This document shows positions 15,001 to 23,641 of a stretch of 64,000 nucleotides of DNA, in pieces. The notes beneath the pieces were generated by a model that was not told where the DNA came from, ran no database searches, and saw only the letters and a program-made list of their open reading frames with translations. Source of the stretch: Auanema rhodensis (lineage: Eukaryota; Animalia; Nematoda). Every line of letters begins with the position of its first letter. Position 1 is the stretch's first letter. The DNA lies in assembly GCA_964057225.1 (NCBI GenBank), contig OZ059894.1, forward strand, positions 3,658,001-3,722,000, read 5' to 3'. A program made the translations under genes and the position numbers.

Positions 15001-18000
15001 AATTTGTTTTTAGACTAATATGGAAATGGGGAATCTATTTTGAAAACCGCATCTCTTTATCTTTCACGTGAAGCGAGTTACATACCAAGTGCACATCATG
15101 TGTACACTTAATTAGCATAAATTAAAGTTCACGTAAATTTCAAAGTCATGGTTACCATGCACAAATATTAATAAAAATTTGTTTTTAGACTAATATGGAC
15201 ATAGGGAATCTAATTTTGAAAACCGCATCTCTTTATCTTTGACTTGAAGCGAGTTACATACCAAGTGCACATCATGTGTACACTTAATTAGCATAAATTA
15301 AAGTTCACGTAAATTTCAAAGTCATGGTTACCATGCACCAATATTAATAAAAATTTGTTTTTAGACTAATATGGACATAGGGAATCTAATTTTGAAAACC
15401 GCATCTCTTTATCTTTGACGTAAAGCGAGTTACATACCAAGTGCACATCATGTGTACACTTAATTAGCATAAATTAAAGTTCACGTAAATTTCAAAGTCA
15501 TGGTTACCATGCACCAATATCAATAAAAATTTGTTTTTAGACTAATATGGAAATGGGGAATCTAATTTTGAAAACCGCATCTCTTCATCTTTCACGTGAA
15601 GCGAGTTACATACCAAGTGCACATCATGAGTACACTTAATTAGCATAAATTAAAGTTCACGTAAATTTCAAAGTCATGGTTACCATGCACCAATATCAAT
15701 AAAAATTTGTTTTTAGACTAATATGGACATGGGGAATCTAATTTTGAAAACCGCATCCCTTTATCTTTCACGTGAAGCGAGTTACATACCAAGTGCACAT
15801 CACGTGTACACTTAATAAGCATAAATTAAAGTTCACGTAAATTTCAAAGTCATGGTTACCATGCACCAATATCAATAAAAATTCGTTTTTAGACTAATAT
15901 GGACATGAGGAATCTAATTTTGAAAACCGCATCTCTTTATCTTTGACGTGAAGCGAGTTACATACCAAGTGCACATCATGTGTACACTTAATTAGCATAA
16001 ATTAAAGTTCACGTAAATTTCAAAGTCATGGTTACCATGCACCAATAATAATAAAAATTTGTTTTTAGACTAATATGGACATGGGGAATCTAATTTTGAA
16101 AACCGCATCTCTTTATCTTTGACGTGAAGCGAATTACATACCAAGTGCACATCATGTGTACACTTAATTAGCATAAATTTAAGTTCACGTAAATTTTAAA
16201 GTCATGGTTGCCATGCACCAATATCAATAAAAATTTGTTTTTAGACTAACATGGAAATGGGGAATCTAATTTTGAAAACCGCATCTCTTTATCTTTCACG
16301 TGAAGCGAGTTACATACCAAGCGCACATCATGTGTACACTTAATTAGCATAAATTAAAGTTCACGTAAATTTCAAAGTCATGGTTACCATGCACCAATAT
16401 TAATAAAAATTTGTTTTTAGACTAATATGGACATGGGGAATCTAATTTTGAAAACCGCATCTCTTCATCTTTCATGTGAAGCGAGTTACATACCAAGTGC
16501 ACATCATGTGTACACTTAATTAGCATAAATTAAAGTTCACGTAAATTTTAAAGTCATGGTTGCCATGCACCAATATCAATAAAAATTTGTTTTTAGACTA
16601 ATATGGAAATGGGGAATCTAATTTTGAAAACCGCATCCCTTTATCTTTCACGTGAAGCGAGTTACATACCAAGTGCACATCACGTGTACACTTAATAAGC
16701 ATAAATTAAAGTTCACGTAAATTTCAAAGTCATGGTTACCATGCACCAATATCAATAAAAATTTGTTTTTAGACTAATATGGACATGGGGAATCTAATTT
16801 TGAAAACCGCATCCCTTTATCTTTCACGTGAAGCGAGTTACATACCAAGTGCACATCACGTGTACACTTAATAAGCATAAATTAAAGTTCACGTAAATTT
16901 CAAAGTCATGGTTACCATGCACCAATATCAATAAAAATGTGTTTTTAGACTAATATGGACATGGGGAATCTAATTTCGAAAAGCGCATCTCTTCATCTTT
17001 CACGTGAAGCGAGTTACATACCAAGTGCACATCACGTGTACACTTAATAAGCATAAATTAAAGTTCACGTAAATTTCAAAGTCATGGTTACCATGCACCA
17101 ATATCAATAAAAATTTGTTTTTAGACTAATATGGAAATGGGGAATCTAATTTTGAAAACCGCATCTCTTCATCTTTCACGTGAAGCGAGTTACATACCAA
17201 GTGCACATCATGTGTACACTTAATTAGCATAAATTAAAGTTCACGTAAATTTCAAAGTCATGGTTACCATGCACCAATATTAATAAAAATTTGTTTTTAG
17301 ACTAATATGGACATGGGGAATCTAATTTTGAAAACCGCATCCCTTTATCTTTCACGTGAAGCGAGTTACATACCAAGTGCACATCACGTGTACACTTAAT
17401 AAGCATAAATTAAAGTTCACGTAAATTTCAAAGTCATGGTTACCATGCACCAATATCAATAAAAATTCGTTTTTAGACTAATATGGACATGAGGAATCTA
17501 ATTTTGAAAACCGCATCTCTTCATCTTTCATGTGAAGCGAGTTACATACCAAGTGCACATCATGTGTACACTTAATTAGCATAAATTAAAGTTCACGTAA
17601 ATTTCAAAGTCATGGTTACCATGCACCAATATTAATAAAAATTTGTTTTTAGACTAATATGGACATGGGGAATCTAATTTTGAAAACCGCATCTCTTTAT
17701 CTTTGACGTGAAGCGAGTTACATACCAAGTGCACATCATGTGTACACTTAATAAGCATAAATTAAAGTTCACGTAAATTTCAAAGTCATGGTTACCATGC
17801 ACCAATATCAATAAAAATTCGTTTTTAGACTAATATGGACATGAGGAATCTAATTTTGAAAACCGCATCTCTTCATCTTTCATGTGAAGCGAGTTACATA
17901 CCAAGTGCACATCATGTGTACACTTAATTAGCATAAATTAAAGTTCACGTAAATTTCAAAGTCATGGTTACCATGCACCAATATTAATAAAAATTTGTTT

Positions 18001-19348
18001 TTAGACTAATATGGACATGGGGAATCTAATTTTGAAAACCGCATCTCTTTATCTTTGACGTGAAGCGAGTTACATACCAAGTGCACATCATGTGTACACT
18101 TAATTAGCATAAATTAAAGTTCACGTAAATTTCAAAGTCATGGTTACCATGCACCAATATTAATAAAAATTTGTTTTTAGACTAATATGGACATAGGGAA
18201 TCTAATTTTGAAAACCGCATCTCTTTATCTTTGACTTGAAGCGAGTTACATACCAAGTGCACATCATGTGTACACTTAATTAGCATAAATTAAAGTTCAC
18301 GTAAATTTCAAAGTCATGGTTACCATGCACCAATATTAATAAAAATTTGTTTTTAGACTAATATGGACATAGGGAATCTAATTTTGAAAACCGCATCTCT
18401 TTATCTTTGACGTAAAGCGAGTTACATACCAAGTGCACATCATGTGTACACTTAATTAGCATAAATTAAAGTTCACGTAAATTTCAAAGTCATGGTTGCC
18501 ATGCACCAATATTAATAAAAATTTGTTTTTAGACTAATATGGACATAGGGAATCTAATTTTGAAAACCGCATCTCTTCATCTTTCATGTGAAGCGAGTTA
18601 CATACCAAGTGCACATCACGTGTACACTTAATAAGCATAAATTAAAGTTCACGTAAATTTCAAAGTCATGGTTACCATGCACCAATATCAATAAAAATTC
18701 GTTTTTAGACTAATATGGACATGAGGAATCTAATTTTGAAAACCGCATCTCTTTATCTTTGACGTGAAGCGAGTTACATACCAAGTGCACATCATGTGTA
18801 CACTTAATTAGCATAAATTAAAGTTCACGTAAATTTCAAAGTCATGGTTACCATGCACCAATAATAATAAAAATTTGTTTTTAGACTAATATGGACATGG
18901 GGAATCTAATTTTGAAAACCGCATCTCTTTATCTTTGACGTGAAGCGAATTACATACCAAGTGCACATCATGTGTACACTTAATTAGCATAAATTTAAGT
19001 TCACGTAAATTTTAAAGTCATGGTTGCCATGCACCAATATCAATAAAAATTTGTTTTTAGACTAACATGGAAATGGGGAATCTAATTTTGAAAACCGCAT
19101 CTCTTTATCTTTCACGTGAAGCGAGTTACATACCAAGCGCACATCATGTGTACACTTAATTAGCATAAATTAAAGTTCACGTAAATTTCAAAGTCATGGT
19201 TACCATGCACCAATATTAATAAAAATTTGTTTTTAGACTAATATGGACATGGGGAATCTAATTTTGAAAACCGCATCTCTTTATCTTAGACGTAAAGCGA
19301 GTTACATACCAAGTGCACATCATGTGTACACTTAATTAGCATAAATTA
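1..19348. repeat. SatA tandem satellite array, 176-bp monomer (recurrent 175-bp variant), left of the LINE; about 110 monomers
   Basis: Consensus CACGTAAATTTCAAAGTCATGGTTACCATGCACCAATATTAATAAAAATTTGTTTTTAGACTAATATGGACATGGGGAATCTAATTTTGAAAACCGCATCTCTTTATCTTTGACGTGAAGCGAGTTACATACCAAGTGCACATCATGTGTACACTTAATTAGCATAAATTAAAGTT. Monomer starts at 1, 176, 352 and so on. All copies are in one orientation and differ by a few recurrent substitutions. Confidence 0.99.
1760..4600. repeat. SatA 10-mer higher-order repeat (1759 bp); boundaries approximate
   Basis: Marker ACCAATAATA recurs at 1791 and 3550, and at 14282 and 16041 (spacing 1759 = 9x176+175). It is followed by the same ordered variants GAATTAC and AACATGG/AAGCGCAC, and usually CTTAGACG and a 175-bp monomer. 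Confidence 0.8.
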
Positions 19349-19887
19349 GTCAAGGTTTATTGTTCTTTATCACAGGTTGTAACATTAGTGGTTTTTAAGA
19401 GAAGAAGTATGAAAAAAGATCCTTACAATACGAACATAATTATAAAAATTAAAAAATGAATAAGCAATAAATGTGCAAAGTTGAGAAGAGTTATTGAATC
19501 AATTTTGTCTTTTAAGATACATACTTTTAGCTAGTCTCTCTATGTATTATGAAATGTTAACCCATTCTCAAAAAACAGGGGAGTTGTTCAAATCAGATAA
19601 GTGATCTGACCTCTTTTTTTACGTTTACCAGGTGCGGTGGAACTTATAATAAAGTCGAGCCCGTTCTGGTAAGAAGAGGTAACTGTCACCTGGTTCGTAT
19701 GGCTAATGCCTATAGAAACTATGGTGAAGTAACAGTGTAGCAAAGAAGGAAGCGAGGATGTGGTTGGAACAAAACAGTGACACATAAAGTAACTTAGCTT
19801 TAAAAAGTTATAAAAAAACATATTGAGACAATAATTCAAAAAAATAGGACGCTAGACAAATATAGTACAAAAATGAGAAAAATAAAT
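19349..19887 (-). other. LINE 3' UTR (about 540 nt), U-rich, with a structured core at 19593-19694
   Basis: Lies between the ORF2 stop and the 3' junction with the satellite; contains several complementary segments. Confidence 0.85.
19356..19361 (-). terminator. AATAAA polyadenylation-like signal 7 nt before the element 3' end
   Basis: Minus strand ...GAACAATAAACCTTGAC|satellite; no poly(A) tail follows. Confidence 0.65.
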
Positions 19888-22749
19888 TTAATGATTCTTA
19901 AGAAAAACTTGAAGATGTTTACGGAAGTTGACAACTTTTTCAAGATTGACAATGTTCTCTGGTATTGAGTTCCAAGTGTCTATGCCTCTGTATTCAATAC
20001 CTCTTCTGGTCTGAGTTTTCCGGAGGTTGGGATGCTCAACATTCCATTCATGTCGCCTCATGAAGTGTGTGTACTTTTTGAGCTTAAGAATATCCAAGCT
20101 ATTATCTGAAGTAGGCGACTTTATTTGGTTAAAATAAAAAATCAAATCAAAAACGAGTCTTCTGAAAAATAACTTTTGACCTCCTAATAAAGAAAGTTGA
20201 TTTTCATAGTTTATTTTAGATCCAGAGCGCATGAAAACTGCGCGCAAAAACTTTTTCTGGACGTATTCGATCTGGTCCTTGTCTTTAGAATCCTGTGGTG
20301 ACCAAATAATAGTAGCATATTCTAGAATCGGTCGTATATAAGTGCAAAAAAGATTATACATTAGAAAAGGTGATTTGGAGTAAAAACAACGTAAAATTAT
20401 TCGACATTTTCGTGCCGCTTCGCTTGTAATTTTGTTTATGTGGTTTGAAAAAGAGAGATTAGAGTTTGTTAAAACTCCTAGATCTTTGTAGCAATCTACT
20501 AAAGATAGGTTACTGTCACCGAAGGTGAAGGCAATATTTTCAGGATGACGGATCGACTTACTTGATATTACCATTATTTTAGATTTAGAAGTGTTGACGG
20601 CCATTCCGTTAGAGTTGCACCATAGTTCTAATTGATCAAGAGCACGTTGTAGACTGGTAGGGTTAGTACTGTACAGTTTCAAATCGTCTGCATAGAGAAT
20701 AGAGTTAACATCAGCAGGAAAACTTGATGTAATATCATTGATGTAATACAAAAACAACAAAGGACCAAGTACTGTACCTTGTGGTACACCACAAGTGAGT
20801 TGTACAGGTGGTGATAAAATATTATTGACCATAACTGAAAAAGACCTACCAGAAATAAAACTTTGGAGAAAATAATAAAGTGGGCCCTTGATTCCTATAG
20901 AGTTGAGCTTTGAAAAAAGAGTAAAGTGGTTTATAAGATCGAAAGCTTTTGAAAAATCAATAAAAGCTACGAAAACCGGAATATTGCAGTCCAATGAAGA
21001 CCTAAAGAAAATGTGGCTACTGAGAATAGCAGAAACAGTGTTTCTTTTAGGAAGAAAGGCGTGTTGATTTGTTGATATGGCACCATTAGAAATACCGAAA
21101 TTCAAAAGTGGAGTACGTATGATACGCTCAAAAACTTTTGAAAGACTGGAAGTGAGTGAAATTGGGCGGTAGTTACCTGGATCGTCAGATTTGCCTGTCT
21201 TGAAAATGGGACGAATCCAGGCTAATTTCCAATCGGAAGGACAAGTAGCGGAAACCAGCAAATTGTGAAAAATAAAAGCTAATGGATTAGCTAAGGAAAA
21301 AGCACACTGTTTGAGAAAATAGTATGGAATGCCATCCGGGGACGTAGAAACTCTGAGTGGTAGATTTTGAAGAGTTTTGTAGACTAAATCAGGTGTTATG
21401 TCTATAAAATCAATGGTATGATTGTGTGTGAAAGAAGGAACGGGTGTGTGAGTTGTTTCTGGATGGACCAGTGGAGAAACAGTGAAAACATTAGCGAATG
21501 CTGACACTTTACCGACATCTGAAGAAACTGTCTCATTATTGACAGTGAGGTTGGGAACGTCCGATGTATTACCATTTAATCGGGATTTACAAAAACGATA
21601 GAAAAGTTTAGGATTTTTTAAAGCAGCGATACGCTCTTCTTCTGAAGCACATTTGATTTTTATGAGTTTGTCCAATTTGATTGAAAGATTTTTACGATGG
21701 ATTTCGTCAGATGAGTATAAAGAACAACTTAGCCTGTTTATATAGTTTCTGAGTTTTATAATGTCACGATCCACTTTTTTATTTTTCCTTGGTTGTTTTT
21801 TAGGAACAAAAGTATTAATGATTGAGTGTAAAATAGAAATGAATCTAGAATAAGATTGGAGTGGACTGAAACCTGAAAGTTCAGAACAGAAATCAATGTT
21901 GGCTAGTTGCCTATTGATGAGCTCATAGTCCGCCAGAAGAAAATTCCGTTCCGTTGAAGTGGAAAGAAGTGTGGATTGAACACTACGTGAATTTTGGATT
22001 TGTAAACTCAGCCCTTTTGAAAGTATCTGGAAAGTTATTGAAAAATGGTCAGAAGCTCCTAGAGGAGCAGAACGGTTGATGTTGTTGATACATTCGACGT
22101 TGTTTGTAATGATATAGTCAAGAGTATTTTCACCTCTTGTAGGGAAATGGATCAGCTGGTTGAGACAGTTGTGATTGAGAAATTTAAGTAAAGTTTTACT
22201 CGAAGGAGTAGGTTGAGAACACATACCAAGATCCCAGTTTATTTTAGGAAAATTAAGGTCACCTGTGAGAACAAGAGTACGATTGGATAAATGATTCTGA
22301 AGATCACAAATGTAATTGGAAAAATCTGAATGTGATGATGATGGGGAACGATAACAAACAGAGAAAATAGAATTAGAAGAAGTAATGAGGATATTTATAA
22401 ATTGAATGGTGGATGAGTTAGGGGAACAAGAAAGGAGAGAAAAAGTAATGTGTTTTTTAACAAAGAGTAAAACACCACCTCCACGTGAGTAACACCTATC
22501 AGCCCTAAGGATATTATAGGTGTCACCTAACGGTAGAAGATTGGTGTTAAACTGAGGGTAAAGCCAAGATTCTGATATAGCAATTATATCAGGAGCTTTA
22601 GGAAAAATGATAATTGGAAGAAGATGGAGTTTGTTAAGGATTGAGCGTGCATTGTAACAGTGAACAGAAATGTGAGTGGAGTGAGAGACGTAGACAGGTG
22701 TTGATATGGACGTTGAATTAACGAAAGGACACGTTATCGGACAAAACAA
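19888..22749 (-). CDS. LINE ORF2: apurinic-like endonuclease plus reverse transcriptase. The listed start is a TTG; the frame is probably entered by a +1 frameshift at about 22723
   Basis: APE motifs CYNARS, ISESWL, RGGGV, YRSP, GDLNFP, PTR..NTLDYI, SDH. RT motifs PDGIP, NYRPISLTS, FIDFSKAFD, GVPQGTVLGPLLF, YADD, KDLGV. CR1-type C-terminus (R...TWNSIPE.IV....F..HL) with no CCHC knuckle. 953 codons without a stop. Confidence 0.97.
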   Translation of the reverse strand: MFCPITCPFVNSTSISTPVYVSHSTHISVHCYNARSILNKLHLLPIIIFPKAPDIIAISESWLYPQFNTNLLPLGDTYNILRADRCYSRGGGVLLFVKKHITFSLLSCSPNSSTIQFINILITSSNSIFSVCYRSPSSSHSDFSNYICDLQNHLSNRTLVLTGDLNFPKINWDLGMCSQPTPSSKTLLKFLNHNCLNQLIHFPTRGENTLDYIITNNVECINNINRSAPLGASDHFSITFQILSKGLSLQIQNSRSVQSTLLSTSTERNFLLADYELINRQLANIDFCSELSGFSPLQSYSRFISILHSIINTFVPKKQPRKNKKVDRDIIKLRNYINRLSCSLYSSDEIHRKNLSIKLDKLIKIKCASEEERIAALKNPKLFYRFCKSRLNGNTSDVPNLTVNNETVSSDVGKVSAFANVFTVSPLVHPETTHTPVPSFTHNHTIDFIDITPDLVYKTLQNLPLRVSTSPDGIPYYFLKQCAFSLANPLAFIFHNLLVSATCPSDWKLAWIRPIFKTGKSDDPGNYRPISLTSSLSKVFERIIRTPLLNFGISNGAISTNQHAFLPKRNTVSAILSSHIFFRSSLDCNIPVFVAFIDFSKAFDLINHFTLFSKLNSIGIKGPLYYFLQSFISGRSFSVMVNNILSPPVQLTCGVPQGTVLGPLLFLYYINDITSSFPADVNSILYADDLKLYSTNPTSLQRALDQLELWCNSNGMAVNTSKSKIMVISSKSIRHPENIAFTFGDSNLSLVDCYKDLGVLTNSNLSFSNHINKITSEAARKCRIILRCFYSKSPFLMYNLFCTYIRPILEYATIIWSPQDSKDKDQIEYVQKKFLRAVFMRSGSKINYENQLSLLGGQKLFFRRLVFDLIFYFNQIKSPTSDNSLDILKLKKYTHFMRRHEWNVEHPNLRKTQTRRGIEYRGIDTWNSIPENIVNLEKVVNFRKHLQVFLKNH
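22718..22729 (-). promoter_or_regulatory. Candidate programmed +1 ribosomal frameshift site UCC_UUU_CGU(_UAA) at the ORF1/ORF2 overlap
   Basis: Minus strand reads GTG TCC TTT CGT TAA in the ORF1 frame. Skipping the C at 22723 gives TTT GTT AAT TCA ACG (F-V-N-S-T), which is the ORF2 frame. Confidence 0.75.
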
Positions 22750-23641
22750 CGGAAGATGGTGCGGAAGGACTACTCATAGATCTGGTATTTGGTCCAGTTG
22801 ATTTAGCTGAGCGAGGCGGATTTTTTCTCCTCCTTGGACTTATAGAATGATTTTTGTTGGTCGATACAGATACCTCTCTCTCATTAGACCGACTGGATCT
22901 ACCAGATTTACGAGGGGGGCTAGAAATAATAGAAGAAACAGGCTTTGAAGTGGTACTGTGGTCAGAATCAACTCCTGAAGGGGTTTCAAGTTGTTGAGTG
23001 TCCGCAGAGACAGAGAGAGTGTTAATGGCATGCAAAGTAGAATCGGTGGATTTACGAAGAACCTCAATAATTTTGAGATCACGCACAAGGAAAATGCTTT
23101 TAGTGTTGTTATCGTTTTTGATCTTAGCTTCATTTCGCAATTGTTTTTCCAGTTCAATCTCGAACGGAAGATAATCTCGCCGTAAAAACGTTTTTGAAAG
23201 AGAGTCAAAGCATTTTGACTTATTAGACTTTATAACTTTGATAATTTCATCACGTAAATCAACCGATGGACATGTAATGATAAGAGGACCAGGGAAATTA
23301 GATTTAAGAGTGGAACGTGCAATGGTGATTTGGTTACTATCGATCAAAGAAGACAAAGTAGTGTTTTGAGACTTTTCAATGATGAGTTTCAATAACAACA
23401 GAGGTTCAGTTGGAAAATCTGTTGACGTTATAGGTACTCGGAACCAAAGAGCTCTTTTGGCACGGTAAAGGTATTTTGTCTCCTCTGATCGTAGTTTTTG
23501 AAAATGGCATGCCACATTTAAATGAGAAGAAGTTGAAGCAGAAATAGAATTAGGGTTAGTAACGGTTTGAAAAGAAGAGATAGTTTGCTCTAATTTATCT
23601 AAACGGGATTTGAAATCCGTTTCAATAAATTTGGTTACCAT
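22718..23641 (-). CDS. LINE ORF1 (RNA-binding/chaperone type), N-terminally truncated; first codons M-V-T come from the satellite
   Basis: Directly upstream of ORF2. Heptad-like segment FKSRLDKLEQTISSFQ, then motifs PGPLIITCPSVDLRDEII and FLRRDYLPFEIELEKQLRNEAKIKN...FLVRDLKI that resemble CR1-type ORF1 cores, then a Ser/Pro/Arg-rich tail. Confidence 0.85.
   Translation of the reverse strand: MVTKFIETDFKSRLDKLEQTISSFQTVTNPNSISASTSSHLNVACHFQKLRSEETKYLYRAKRALWFRVPITSTDFPTEPLLLLKLIIEKSQNTTLSSLIDSNQITIARSTLKSNFPGPLIITCPSVDLRDEIIKVIKSNKSKCFDSLSKTFLRRDYLPFEIELEKQLRNEAKIKNDNNTKSIFLVRDLKIIEVLRKSTDSTLHAINTLSVSADTQQLETPSGVDSDHSTTSKPVSSIISSPPRKSGRSSRSNEREVSVSTNKNHSISPRRRKNPPRSAKSTGPNTRSMSSPSAPSSVVLSDNVSFR

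Larger units (their letters stand above)
19349..23631 (-). mobile_element. Non-LTR retrotransposon (LINE), CR1/T1-like clade, 5'-truncated within ORF1, inserted in SatA
   Basis: 4.28 kb of non-satellite sequence with ORF1, APE-RT ORF2 and a 3' UTR ending AATAAA-CCTTGAC. No LTRs or TIRs. The satellite resumes on both sides in the same orientation. Clade assignment rests on motif recognition only. Confidence 0.95.

Noticed and set aside
19593-19694. HDV-like or hammerhead ribozyme in the LINE
   Set aside because: Pseudoknot-like pairing is possible, but the P3/L3/P1.1 core and the hammerhead CUGANGA/GAAA boxes are not evident, and LINE ribozymes normally sit at the 5' end, which is missing here.
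19588-19839. 83-aa minus-strand ORF after ORF2
   Set aside because: TTG start, low-complexity U-rich 3' UTR sequence, and no recognisable motif; probably a chance ORF.
22991-23185. 64-aa + strand ORF antisense to ORF1
   Set aside because: Short shadow ORF with a non-ATG start and no supporting evidence.
22840-23208. 122-aa alternative-frame ORF inside ORF1, in the same frame as ORF2
   Set aside because: TTG start, and stop codons separate it from ORF2, so it cannot be an ORF2 extension; no motifs.
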